Assembly (NCBI GenBank): GCA_043228905.1
Contig: JBHGNT010000018.1
Span: 372,001 to 436,000 of the forward strand
DNA: 64,000 nt
Direction of reading: 5' to 3'
From: Azolla caroliniana
Lineage: Eukaryota > Plantae > Polypodiophyta
Below, piece after piece: positions 40,782 through 55,921 of the stretch. Numbering within the stretch: position 1 is the stretch's first letter; every line of letters begins with the position of its first letter. Both the position numbers and the translations under genes were made by a program. The notes beneath the pieces are model-generated. The model searched no databases. It worked only from the letters and a program-made list of their open reading frames with translations, and was not told the origin of the DNA.

Positions 40782-43700
40782 ACGTTAATCACAACATGAA
40801 TTGTATTTTTAACAACCAACAAAACTAGGTTACAAAGTCAGTTTATATACCGACTAACTTAGGGAAACTGCCCTTCTCACTATCTACATAAATATCCTAA
40901 ACCTGGTGTATACAAAAGAAGACAATGTGAATACGTCCATTAGAGATCCGCATTCAACACTCCCCCATAATAGGCGTATATATCGAAAATCTGTAAATCG
41001 AAATAAATGTACAATACAAATTGATACAAAGTTTTCGAGCAAATCGAAATTTCGTTCGAGTCGGTGAACTTCGAAAAACAAAAGGCTAAACTAGCCAAAG
41101 TTGGGGAAACTAAGACTAGGCTTCGAACTGTCTATGGTGATTGCTCGAAAAACAACCTAAGTGTTTGACTCAATTGGATTGATTCTTCAATACGCCCATT
41201 TGGTGCCGAAGGGATCGAAATCGATCCGCCGAAAGACACTTGGTCATTGCGTCTGAGACATTATCGATTCTGGGTATCTTCTTGAGGCCGATTTCTCCTG
41301 AAATGATGCAGTCCCGAACAAAGTGATATCGAACGTCGATGTGCTTCAAGGCATTGTGTTGGACCGGATTTTTCGCAGAGCAACAACGCCTTGACTATCA
41401 CTGTAGACAACTGGAGCCGAGTCAGATTCGACTTGTCGAAACATGCATGCTAGCCGACCGAGCCATAAAGCTTGTTTCGATGCGTCCGACATGGCTACGT
41501 ATTCGGCCTCTGTTGTTGATGTAGCGGTGCACTCCCAAAGTTTCGATTTCCACGAGATTGCTCCATTACCAAATTTGAAGCAATATCCAGTTGTCGATTT
41601 TCGACTATCCATGCAGCCTGCAAAGTCCGAGTTGGTGTATCCGACTACGCATGAAGTGTTGTTCACGCCGAATAGAATGCCAAGGTCTTCTGTGCCCACC
41701 AAATATTTGAACACATGCTCGATTGTGTTCTAGTGTAATCGGCCTGGATTGTGCATGAATCTGCTGACAACTCTGACGACGTGAGCAATATCAGGTCGCA
41801 TCGCGTACATCAGGGATCCAAATATCGGTGCATACGGTACCAACTTCATAATTTCCACTTGAACCGGATGTCAGGTAGTCTCGCTGAGACAGCCGAAGGC
41901 TAATGGGGAGCGGGGTCGAAGCAGATTTTGCCGATTGCATGTTGAAGCGTTTGAGGGCACATCTAATATAGTCAGATTGGGACAGAAACAATTGTCTTCG
42001 ATTTCGATTCCGACTAATCTTTATGCCGAGAAAGGTGTCTTGTCGGACCAAGGTCCTTCATGGCAAACTTCAACCGCAGTTGCCGAACGAGTTTGGCAAG
42101 CTCTCCGGCTTGCCAACTCGAGATTAGCATGTCATCCACGTAGATAATGAGGAAGATGGGTGACCCATGTCGAGTTGTTTTCGTGAAGAGATAATGGTCC
42201 TTATCGCTCTTCAAGAAGCCGACCGACTGAATGAAGTCATCAAACTTCTTATACCACTATTGCGGTGCATGTTTCATGCCATATACACTCTTCTTGAGTC
42301 CGTAGACTAGATGTTCTTGGCCGGAGGCCACGAAGCCTTGCAGTTCCTCCATATAAATTTACTCCTCTAGATCACCATGGAGGAATGTCGTTTTGACATC
42401 TAACTGAATTAGCTCCAAGTCCTCAACTGCCACAACATCGAGCATGAGTCTAAGGGTTGTCATTTTCACCACTGGTGAAAAGATTTCGCCAAAATTGACG
42501 CCATATTCCTATCAAAAACCCTTAGCTACCAGTCTAGCCTTGAATTTTGGGGTGTCCAAATCAAACGTCTCTTTGACTTGATAGACCCACTTGCACGGAA
42601 GAGCACGTGGATTCTTTGAGAGCTCGACCAAGTCACAAGTTTGGTTTGCTCGAATGGAATTCATCTCGAACTCCATTGCTAGATGTTAGGTGACCGAATC
42701 GGCAGATGTCGATGCTTCTTCGTATGACGTTGGTTCTCCGGCGTCCGTAAAGAAGATACCAAGAGAGTATCTCTCTCAGGGGTTGCAACAGTCGCTTGGA
42801 TCTTTGAGGTATGACTAGACTGGTCGCTTTGGGTAACGATGTCGGATGGTTCGGAGCCGAGTTGTTCGGTTGTGCCAAATCAGAAAATGCCTTCCACGTT
42901 TCAGTGTATCTATGGAATCCTCGATCGATAAAGTTTCATAAGTCGGAGTTTCACCGCCTGATGTGGGATGAGAAAGCACCAAACAGGAAGTGCTCCGTAA
43001 ACTTCCTAGTAAACCCAATCCTTCAAAAATTCCCCAATCAAGAATGGGATCTAATCTACCCGTTTTGGACAACCCTTGAAAATTCGGATTCATATTGTTC
43101 TTTGGAAAAAATATATGATTGGAGGATGGAATTTTTATCAAGTTGGTACCACCCCGTATGCTATTATTTGTACTCGATTCGAGGTTGTTGGACTCTTCCA
43201 CAACGAAACCTTCATGTCTATCTATATCCAAATCAATAGAGGCTTGTTCTACCCGTGAAGCAGACCTTCTGTTGTGTGTTGGGCCGTCTTGAAGGGTTGG
43301 CACATCCGAGAAAATTACCCTTTGGACTTTGATCGACTTATCAGCCGATTGATGGATGGTTGACTCATTGAACACTACGTCCAAACTTCGGACAATCTGT
43401 CTGTGCTTGGGGAGAGTCGGTATCCAATTTCGCCATCTGGTCCATAACCGAGGAAAATACATTTCGTGAACCTTGGTGCAATTTTGTGGTCATCATCTTT
43501 CGGTATGAGGGCATATGCCGCACACCCGAAGATCCTCAGGTTGTCGTAATTCGGTTTACTACCGGTCCATAATTCCAGAGGTATCTTAAGTCCTAAAGGC
43601 CTACTCGGTGACATATTGATTACGCGTTCTATCGTAAGTAGGGCCTCAACCTAGAAGCCATCCAACAGTCCAGAGTGTTGCAGCATGGAAACTATCCTTT

Positions 43701-46479
43701 CTTGAATTATTTGATTCATCATCTCGACAATTCCGTTCTGCTCAGGATTATAGGGTGTTGTATATTCACGTCGTATGCCGCGTTGTTGGCAAAATCTGAC
43801 GAATTCTTCAAATTTGAACTCTCCCCCGTTGTTGGTCTGAAAGCATTTCAGTTTTTGGCCAGACTTATTCTCGACCATAGTGAACCAATTGGAAAAAATC
43901 GAGAACACTCGATCTTTGGTTTTGATCGGATAAACCCACACATTCCACGTCGAGTCGTCAATAAAGCTGACGAAGTATAGAGCACTGTCGAGAGACTGAT
44001 ATGGCAAAGGGCCACAGACATCCAAATGAACCAAATCCAGTGGATTCAATTCTCTTGGTGTTGATGTCAGATGTGATGTGGCTATCTGTTTGTCGTACTA
44101 GCAATGCTCGCAAAATTGATGATCAGAGAAGGAGATTTTAGGGATGTATCTGACTTTGGATAAATGTGTGATGCAGACCTTTTTGAGGTGTCTGAGTTGT
44201 CCATGCCATAGTGATGACCCAAGAATGTCAAGTAGGAACAAGCCACCCTCTCTAAGTGTGACGTATAACGGATACAACGAAACTTTCGGTCCTCGGGTAA
44301 GTAGAAGGTTCCCCCTATGAAGTGTCCACCCTCCTGATGAGAAGTCATTACGAATGTCGTCTTCGTCCAATTGTCCAATTGAGATCAAAGGTCTTGAGAG
44401 CTCAGGTACATGTCGGACATTATGTAGTACCTATGTAGAGCCACCCGAAAGGTTCAACTCTATTGTGCCAATTCCGATAATCACATAGTGCTTTGAATTT
44501 CCGACTCGAACTGAGTCGGAATGTCGGGTTGATTATTGCCAAAATTAGGATCGATGAGGGGTCACATGAAAGGACGCACCCGAATCCAAGAGTCATGTGC
44601 TCATTTCCTTAATAGTAAGTAGAACTTCTGATTTGACGGATAGAATGTTCAGGTCATTCAAGAATACTTCAACTGAAGAGTTGACGTAGATGACCTCCTC
44701 ATGTCGGCCACTCTTCTAATCAGCTCGTTCAACTTTGGCCTTCAGTGCACAACAATCGGCTTTGATGTGTCCAGATTTCTTGCAGACTCAATTATCCTGG
44801 GACTTGCTCCGACTTCGTTGGTTGTTTGGCTACCGTGAATAACCTCTTCCTCGGATGTTCAATCGGTCGGTCGAACCTTGTACTACATAAGCCTCGTTGG
44901 CCGAATTGTTCGCAAATGATTTACTTTGAGCTGCTTTAGTTAGAATTGCACTCATGATTGAGGAGTACTTAACGGCAACAATCGATGCATTGCACACAGT
45001 TGTAACGAATGTTTCCTGCGAAGGGGGGAGACTACTCATAAGTAGCATTGCTCTTAGTTCATCCTCAATAGTCGTCCCTTGAGCCGCAATTTGGGAACTT
45101 AAGCTTTCGTACTCGTTCAAGTGTGCCTAGAACGAGTCAGATTCTTTCATCCGAAGATTATAAAGGTGTCGAATCATATATACCTTGGTGGCAGCTACCT
45201 TCTTCTCATAAGTGTCCGACAATGTCTTCCATAGTTGAAAGGCAATCGAACACGATTGCACCGTGAAGTACACCGACTCCGATAGGGGCATCTGAATGGT
45301 GGATCGAACAATTTTGTCGAGCTTCTCCCATTCAAGCGGCTTGTATCCTTCTAGAGCATTTTCGTTTTTGATGGGGTGGATTTGCCCCTTGACTATTAAA
45401 TAGTCGTGCATCTGCTCCTTCCAGAAATTGAAGTTCGATCCGTCAAACTTCCTTAGACTCATCTCTAACGAGCCGGATATTGATGCCATCTATGTTGGTT
45501 GATAGATTTTGTCCAGAGTCGACCAAGAAGAGTGGTGGAGTGCGGCTAACTGGCTCACTCGATGTCGTTCTAGCCGAAATTGGACACAAGTCAAATCGAT
45601 TTCGACTATTTGGCGAATTTTGTCGAGAGTGACAATAGTCAATTGACTTAGTCGAATTGCACCTGAGTTTGCTGACTCGATTTCGAATGTCAATTTTCAA
45701 GATTTTCGAACATAGAGTATGTGTCGATCCTCCTTCAAGTGACTACGAGAATGAGAGGAACAAATTCAACTAACCTTTCCGAATGTTGCCTAGCCGAATG
45801 AAGCACGGAAGGGGGTTGTTCCTAGAGCCCATACTACTATGAGTGATTACGATGAGCGAATGACTAGTGCCAGGCGACCTATTCGATTGTTGTCTAATCC
45901 AATGTAGTACGGTTGAGGCAGAGCTTGTGAGGAAAAATCTCACTACGAGATGCTACAATCACATGAGTGAAGTGCAACTGATTGACTCACTTCAATGGTG
46001 TTTTAGAACAGTGGAGTCAATATTTTGCCGGTATTTCTCTTTGCGAAAACGATCTTGTAGAGAGTTGCCAACCGAGATCTTCACGGTGTATAGAATAAGA
46101 GTTGTTGATGGAGACTAGATAGACGACGATAGTAGAATTGAAAGAGCCTCTTGCTCTAATACCAGATGTTGGTAACGTGGTCGTGTACGGAACAAATCAA
46201 CACTCTTCTAAAGAGAAGATCATAAACAGATACAAGCAAGGTAGATTGATGGCAACAACATCTACAAAAAGTATGACACAACCAAAACGCAAGAGAGAGA
46301 GACGTTAGGGACAAGATGAACTTTATTTTTAACAACCTACCAAACTAGGTTACAAAGTCAATTTATATACTGACTAATTTAGGGCAACTACCCTTCTCAC
46401 TATTTACATAAATAGCCTAAACTTGGTGTATACAAAAGAAGACAATGTGAATCCGTCCATTAGAGACTCACATTCAACA
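40782..46479 (-). mobile_element. Degenerate Ty1/copia LTR retrotransposon
   Basis: 5' LTR at 46167-46479 (TG...CA) and PBS TGGTATTAGAGC at 46153-46164. Coding remnants: gag KFDGSNFNFWKEQM, integrase DLVHLDVCGP / NNGGEF / PEQNG, RT YVDDML, RNase H SRKSTTGY / STTEAEY. PPT at 40960-40966. The partial 3' LTR (~40782-40959) is ~90% identical to the 5' LTR. Many stops and frameshifts. Confidence 0.93.
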
Positions 46480-47194
46480 CCACCCAACATTCACATGCAC
46501 ACATATATTTCCATAGTAACGACATTTTCTAGGTTTACAATGTCTTCTACCATGTGGTGACACCTACCTCAAATTTCATGAATTCATGGAGAGAGTTTCA
46601 TGCATTTTTCCTCGATGATCATTGGTTCTATCTCACAAAATAACATTTCATTCTTTGAACTTTGTACATAGTGTTTTTATGATAATGTGCATTGACATCA
46701 TTTTTTAGGGGTTTGATATTCTGAAAGCTTATGAACTATCAAAAGTTTGTTTTACATAGATAACTTAGATCTCCAAACATATATTAGGATTTGTTGCAAA
46801 TGGTTCCTATACACGCGGTCAATTGAATTGAATTTCCTGAATGGGCCAATACGACTAATATCTCATAGTATTACACTTCAAATAGTCACTATTGCATCCC
46901 GAGGGGTCATCTTCCTTGCTATGGGCCAACCAATAGATTAGGGACCACTGCTCTCCAATTGCAAATACCAAGTTATACATGAATGCATACAATCATTTAT
47001 GTCTCCATTCGAGGCGACAACACCAATGAGTGTTGAATGTGACTTGATTGTGTCCATGACGTTGTTAAAGTTAACAATTAATAGTTAAGCACATCAACGT
47101 GTAATTAAAGGACAAACAATGTATTGAGAGCACTTTTCCACACAACCACTTTGAAAACAAGAATTAAAGATGGATCTTAAACACCATCAATGTT

Positions 47195-48291
<1,097 letters not shown>

Positions 48292-49121
48292 GTGTCCCAT
48301 ACCACTTAATATTGCCTAAGATCAAACACAATCAACACAATGTTATTGTAACAATAGCCTTGTCATAACATGACTATGACACAATGTTTGTCTGACTCCC
48401 TCTTCATGAGGTAAACTACTCCTAATTTTATACTCACATCATAGGTCCTGGGTCACCACATGTTGCCATAAATCATGACCTTTTGCGAGTTGCCTTAATT
48501 CCTAATGTACCCTTGAAACCATTAAAAGTTTATCTTTAAATAATATTGGATTTGACACATGTCAACAATGTCCCTACCACAATCCTTTATTTCTTTGTAT
48601 GAAATTCAAAAGTGAATATCATAATATGGTCCAATTACAATCATCTCAATGTATGGATGTAAGATTTTGGGGCAAAAAGTTATTGAATAGTACAATCTAA
48701 ATAGGTTTTGGGGGAAATCTTATGTTTTTAATATAACAAAGACATCGTATCATATATTGGTTGTCAAAGAATTAGTATACTCGATAAGGCTAGAAGTGCA
48801 AATATTATGACATGATTATGAAATATGTACATGCATATATAGATCACATAAAGTCTTGTAGGTTTTCCAATTAACACCTAACATTACGAGTTTATATGGT
48901 CAAGGTCGAGCATAAGTGGTGGGATAGGAGGTAGCCAACACTAGAGAGCGTAGATTGTTGGTTAGCAACCCCTCTACCAACACCACACCCAACTCATAAT
49001 TATGCACGATACTATAAAGGAAAGTGAAGGAAAGTGCATTGTTTCCCTACACGGGAAATTGTTATGAACCTTTTTGTATATGTACACTACAATTACTAAA
49101 GTTGTAGTGTCACCAATCATG

Positions 49122-52035
49122 TTAGGCACTACTTCCCCTTTTACTAACAACTAAGCCATGGAAGGAGAGGATGGTGCCACATATAGCAGCAGTGATGGCA
49201 AAAACAAAAACAAAAAGGAGAGTGACAAAAGAGAGGTGAGTGAGTCGATCGCGACATAGGTTGAGGTAGAAAATACATGGAAATATCAAGCAAAGGGAGA
49301 TGCTGACAGAAGAACCAATGAGTGAGATAACATAGTTGAAGTATGGCAACACTATGGCACCTGCCACGATAAGCACCATGACTATTGAGCGGGCCAATGT
49401 GGTCATCGTAAGTTGAGTTCGAGCACCGTAATGACGGCTTAAACGCCCAAACATTATGAACCTATCAATGGCGACTGAAAGGGGCGATAAGAGGAGCGCG
49501 AATTTGAGTAATGGTGTGAGCACCGTCATCCACACCATGATTTTGGTTGTGATTCGGTGAGGGGGCATGTTGAGCGTGATTTGAGAGGCAGTTTCGTGGC
49601 CAAACATCATGGCACCCATGATACCCAATCCGCTAACAGCTACGATCGTGATGGCAAAGCTAAGAAATAAAGCATGAGGGAATTTGGAGGGGTCTCTCAT
49701 GGAGGAGTAGATAGCTGGGAAGATTGTGGTGCCACTGTATGCAAATGCATAGAGTCCGGTGGCGACCGGTGCATTGTAGAGGGAACCCACCAAGGGAATT
49801 TGGTGGGGAAAACCAATGTTCCCATCAATGGGGCTAGCCGCTATTGCAACTGATAACACCAAAATGCCACTCATTGCCACCGACCAAACAGAAGTGAATG
49901 ACAATGCCTTTAGATTGCGAAGCCACACTGTGGGGAGCACAAACATGCATGCCATAACCATCATCACATTTTGAGAGGTCATGATTGTTGAATTGCCAAT
50001 TCCCAATTGGCGTGCCTTGGTTACACCCTCAAATGCCTTGCCCAAGTTGTCAGCGACTGATATGCAAAAGCCTACGAGGCTTCCAACCACCTCTACATAG
50101 AAGAATGATTGTATCAAGATGCAAGATTTCTTGCCAACTGCCATTGCTGCCAACTCTTGATATGTCGCACAACCTGTCTTTTGTTGGCAACGTACCATTA
50201 GTTGTGCTGCGTAAGCGAACGTCGTTGCCACCACCAACGAAATGAGACCTCCCAACCACCCCGCATGTGCCATGGCATAGGGAGACGACAATATTCCTAA
50301 ACCTATCAATACAAACATTTTTTGTTGATTGACATTAGTCATCCCCTGTAATTTATTGTTGGCTTATATCTTGTCTTTCTAATTGTTAATAGCTATCAAT
50401 AAACCTTCACCGCTACATTTATTTACCAAGGAGTTTCTCAATATTTTAATGTTTCTGGCAAAACTCATCTTAATGGCCATATTCAAATTTCATTGCTAAA
50501 ATCAGAGCAGTGCAAATGAAAATACTAGAGTTGATTTTAGTTTATCATATTCAAATGAGCGTTCATCTTCCTTTATCATCCTTTCAAAAATGGAGCGTAT
50601 ATTGCCTTGTTTATTCTATGACGATTCAAAGACAAAACCTGTTTTTCTCTCAAATTGGCGAAACTATGCTTCCCTCAATATGCTTAGATTCTCCGAGAAA
50701 AATGCCATCAATGGAAGATTATAGTTGATTGCATCATCGAAACATATGAATAATCAATAGAAAAGGGAGAATAACTAGATTGTTTGTTTCAAGCTTGTTT
50801 ATTGTGATTCCTAGTCATGTAGATGATGACGACTTACATGAAATGTGAATCGTATTTGAAATCCAACCACGATGGGTTGGGGATTGGGAAGGATCCCATT
50901 CCCCGCTTGATGTTAAAAGGTGTCAATATCCCCTTGTATTGGTGGTGCCCATTCTTTAATGTTTCATGCATGCCAATAAATCAAGTCCAAAATTGAATAA
51001 TTATGTTTGTGAATGGTGACAAAATGAAACGAATGATGTTCCAATTGTAGTTTGCAATTAGGTCCCATGAAATCTTTTACCAGCTTAAAAAGGAAAAATG
51101 CTCGTTCATTTTTATTACCAACACACAAGCACAAACATTAACATGAACTCGCATATTTTTGAAAGGATGTCACATATTCGTGCTACAATCATGAGAAAAC
51201 TTATTTTACACCCGTTAATATTTTCTATACTCCAAAGTCAATATACCACATAAGTAAAGTGATTATATTGGTGTGCATGAATGAACCATCCAAACACAAA
51301 ATGTGCATATTTATAACTTACACTTTTTATAAAATGTTTGGTGGCAAATTATGTGTAACCAATGACCCCGATAGTCTTATTATTGTGTTTGATGATATGA
51401 TCACTACCATCCATATAATATTTCCACCTACAAGTAAATTGATCATGGAGTTGCATATTTCTACCTCACATTATTGTTCACGTGTTCAAATCAACCCATA
51501 TGGTGTTCCTCACATTTAAAATTCAAAGGGATAAGTGATAACTAGATAGTGGTCTATAGACTATGTATCTTGATTGCATAATTATAATTGGAAAATAACC
51601 AAATATCCTCATATAGCTCACAATTGTTTTCAAACCAAACAAATAAGTGATGGTGATTCTTAGGTTTAAGGTTAACGTCAACTTACTTCATATTCATTTA
51701 TGTTACCTCTATCATTGTTGAGTATTGCGTTACCATTTTGTAGATATTATAAGGGCAAATTAGAGAGGGATAATCATCTCACCCACTAGTAGACTGATGC
51801 AATTAAATGTGGCTTGTGCAAAACTGCAAGTACCCCCTTTAGTTGCATGTGGATCATCAAATTTGTGCACTTCTAAGTTGCTTTCCACCTTAACATTATC
51901 AAGCATATTCTTTGTGGTTGAATTCTTGTTGCAACTTGTCATTGATTTATTGTCCGCATTCGTGAGACACTTATCATTCGTAATTTTGTTGCTTCCTTCC
52001 ACCACCCCCACCTTCTGTAACTCAACATCATCCAT
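49122..52035 (-). CDS. Amino-acid transporter, AAAP/Aa_trans family, AVT1-like; exons 51783-52035 and 49122-50302; 477 aa
   Basis: CSFAQATFNCISLLVG|LGILSSPYAMAHAGW, GLYAFAYSGTTIFPAIYSSMRDPSKF, SQITLNMP and PYFNYVISLIGS, with many hydrophobic segments. The phase-1 intron GTGAG...ATAG joins the exons in frame. Confidence 0.9.
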
Positions 52036-53606
52036 TTGTGGTCACACCACACTTCACCTAACCTTTGTTATCCACTTCGTGTAATTAAGCATCCGTGTTT
52101 ACATCCGTTATATATGACTACCTCATCAAAGGTAGTGGATGAATATTTAAAACTATGACCCAATTACCCCCAAGTGGAGCTTCTGGTTTCTCCCACTAAG
52201 ACGAGAATCTTGATGTGCCTCCTTCCATGTCTCTTTCCTGCTTTCAACCCATTTGTTAATCACTTGTTATTTAAAAACGTGTGTCAAGCCTCTCTCTCTC
52301 TCTCTCTCTCAACTCCTTGGGATGTACTTGTTGGATTCACTAAAGATTTGGGGATTTTTTTCTATTTGTTGGGGTTCTCTTGACTAACAAACTCTAAACC
52401 AAATAAAAAAGCTTAGAGATGTTCAATCCAGTTATTTATTTGGAGGAGAGATATTTATCATTTTCTAATAATGTTGTTTCATAGAAAGTTTATACTTTTT
52501 AGAACAAGATATATTTGTTTTAACACAGAACACTATAGAGTGTTTGTGGTGTGTTTCTATTATAACCTACGTGGCTTTCAATCCATTTTCGTCTCTCAAC
52601 AAAAAATAAAATATCGTCCATGATGTAAGAAGATAACTTGACTTAATTCAACATTGATTAACTGAATCTAGACGTGAAACAAAAAGCAAGCCATTCCTAT
52701 AAGACTATGAGCAATTAGATTTACAACTTGGTGAGGGTGTTTTGTTGTCTTGGTAACATTGGAGACCTACTCTTACATCCCTCGTATAAATTCAGATGTC
52801 CCTTGTAGTTAAGGCTACTAACTAAGCATGTGCTCTTTAACATGAAATGCATGTGGTAATTTTATATGTCCACTTTTTCAAAGGTGAACCTAAAACACTG
52901 TAGAGAGTGTTGGCGGAACCAATATTTGCCAAACAAATGGACCATCTAAGACAAGCAATGTTGGAAGCCATTTGAAGATAAATATTAAGCATGGGCTAAA
53001 ATAAGTTCATACTCATGGTGGGGGATGTTGAGATATAAATAACCACTCCATGTGTAAAGGGCATGCCAACCTATTACATATCTCATATCCATGAAAGACT
53101 AATGCATGGAGAGCATATGATAATCAATAAGTCACAAGATAGAGAGTTGGAAAAAAGGTTAGTTGCGGGCTACACGCAAGGCATGTGACCAACATGATAA
53201 AGAAGAAAGTGACTACAAAAATATAACCATACAATTAATTAGTGGGAGACAAACTTAGGTCAATTACAGAGCTAGATCTATGAATTTGTGACCCCAAAAC
53301 TCAAGTTGGAGAGATCCTTGAACCCTCTGTTTATTTAAGTGTTTCTTACACACTTATGGGAATTCTCTTACTATGAGAGTTTACCCAACACCACCACCAA
53401 TTTGAGGAAGTTTAGAACTTACAACACATTATCTAGTTACCTCTTTTAACTAACTTAGAACTAAAGTTTGTGGACCACATACAACTTCTACTATTTTGTT
53501 GGCTAGATGTGAAATCTAAACCTATAAGCAAATAAATTCGCCACTAAACCTAATACCTGAATGCATAGAAACAAATATTAAGCTCACATGATCGTTTATC
53601 ATCAAT

Positions 53607-53752
53607 GATCAAGAAGAGATGCAAAGAAGAACATCAACACAATTAATACCACTACGATCAAGGAGAGATGCAAAGAAGAACACCAGCACAATTAATACCA
53701 CGACGATCAAGGAGAGATGCAAAGAAGAACATAAACATGATTAATACCACGA
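53607..53752. repeat. 49-bp tandem repeat x3
   Basis: GATCAAG.AGAGATGCAAAGAAGAACA...ATTAATACCAC starts at 53607, 53656 and 53705. Confidence 0.9.
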
Positions 53753-55921
53753 GGAATATATCGATGCATCTTGAAGCAAGTGTGGCACATCTCATCATCT
53801 AAACCATTTGTTTCACACTTTGAATCCATTCTAAACCCCAATAATTTGTTTTCATGTGCCTTGTCTAGTTACTCTTCGTGTAATTTTATGAAGTTTGTTT
53901 TTAAACCTTAAACATGTACTCAATAACACCTTTTCTTATAGCATGTGACCTCAATGGGAAGTGATCTAATATCATAGGTAGGATTTAGTATGGCATACAT
54001 TTCTCAAATTGAATAAATTTGATAAGCAACAATTTAGGACATTTTTGGACTTTTTCTTGGTTAGATCTCATTTGAGGACCAACGAGTGTGTTGAGGCATT
54101 GAACAATCTTGACCTTTGACTGATATGCCATTTTAACAAGAAGGACAATATGACCCTGTATAACAACACAAATTTTTTAGTATGTCTATAGTCGCACAAT
54201 ATTAGAAGGCACATCCGTTTGATACATTAATACATGTATAACACATAGAAACATCACCATGCTTAAAATCTCAAGACCAAGACAAAATAAGAATGACAAA
54301 TTAGACCTTAAAATAGCCTATTAATAGCATGGTTAGTCCATTTTTTGCTCATAAATATACCATTACATTATATATTCCTTCCTTAAATAACTTTTTTACC
54401 ACAAGTCTCGTTTCGTACTACAATACCAAAAGAATATACCAAATGGTCATGAATGTGGTATGTGACACTTCACTAATAGAAGTTTACTTCTGACTGTTGA
54501 GCATCTTTCCACTATACTCTATGGGGCGCAATCTTGTAAAATATACATGGTGTGCTTTTAGAAAAAACAAATTTCTTAAAAAGGTGATCAAATTAGAATA
54601 CACTATCACACAAACCAACTATGGTATCATAGATTATAATTATGGTTTAAGATGCCTCAAATTTCTGAATACCTCACAAGTATAATCCTCAATTGGGCTT
54701 TGAGACATTTCTTTTGTTGTTTTTATGATATTGTTCAATATGAACATGTTTTGAGCATTCACATAATGGGGTATTGTTTCTAGTGTAATACATTCTAGGG
54801 TATGAATGACAAGGTATTTTAATACCCTCTTCTTTTATATTGAGAGGATAAAACTATCCAATGAAATATGCTCATGTAAAGACTTATTACAAATATTTGA
54901 TCTCCTTCTACGAGGATCAAAATACAATAATAGGGCTGATGTTTATTTAAACAAATGTGCCCACACCCATTTTTAATCTTTTTTGAAAATTAAAGGAAGG
55001 GTTCACTTTTTTGTGCACAATAGTAATTCCTTTTTATCCTTGTTGGAAAGTCATTTGTTAAGAGCAAACTTTTAGTGTGCATTATCTCAAAGTGATCAAG
55101 ATACGAATAAGATTTACAAGGAATGTAACATCGAACCCACACCCAACTTACTTAGACCTCGTCATTGAGGTTTTATTGAGTGTGGGAGTACAAAGTGGTG
55201 GAGGAAATGAACTATAGGATACGCCTTCTCTATATTCCCATTCAGAAGGACTATTATAATTGTTCCTGCTCAAAAGGCAAAGCAAGCAAGTTTGGGTAGA
55301 GGATAAGGATGCACAAGAATCAATATCAATGCATGCAACCCCAAGGAAAAACAACAAAGATTGATCAATGGTTAACAATGCATTATTGTAAGCATTCAAT
55401 ATTGAGAGCAAAGTAGTTGAAAGTGTGAGAAGGATTGTCAAATCATCACCTCGATCATGAAAAGTTATCCCTTTGAGAACCTGTACAATGGTACACAACC
55501 AAGGGGAAGGCTCGTCGAATCATAAAGAACCTTTACAACTTAGGATGACAATATAACTAACGAAGGTCTTAAACCTTCGTGACAAGGGTCTAATAAGAGT
55601 TATATATTTCCACAATTATATAAGTTGGGTGTTGTGAGCTTCTATAGTGAATGTTAGACATACAGAGGGGTGGGGGGATGGAAGGAGGTTTGAAAGTCAA
55701 GTAGTTAGTACTAGAATGAGGAAACTATAATAATTATCTATCGACAAAGGCAAGTTGTAGCGAGAATAAATCATGTCCAATGCATATTGGATAGCACAAT
55801 CAAACCTTTATAATTGGTTGTATCACATGTACTGCCAATGAGACCTTAATATTCATGCATGTGTGGGCATAAAGGAGAGTATGTAGAACAAGACAAGATT
55901 TGTCTTCGGTCACTAACGAGC

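Noticed and set aside
50303-50342. Start of the 406-aa ORF (MTNVNQQK...) as the transporter N-terminus
   Set aside because: This part is intronic. An AG acceptor at 50303-50304 joins the upstream exon carrying the conserved SFAQATFN motif.
52908-53389. TGTTGG...CCAACA solo-LTR-like segment
   Set aside because: No matching TSD and no second copy in the window.
53607-53752. CRISPR-like 49-bp periodic repeat
   Set aside because: The variable parts are homologous to each other, so this is a simple tandem repeat.
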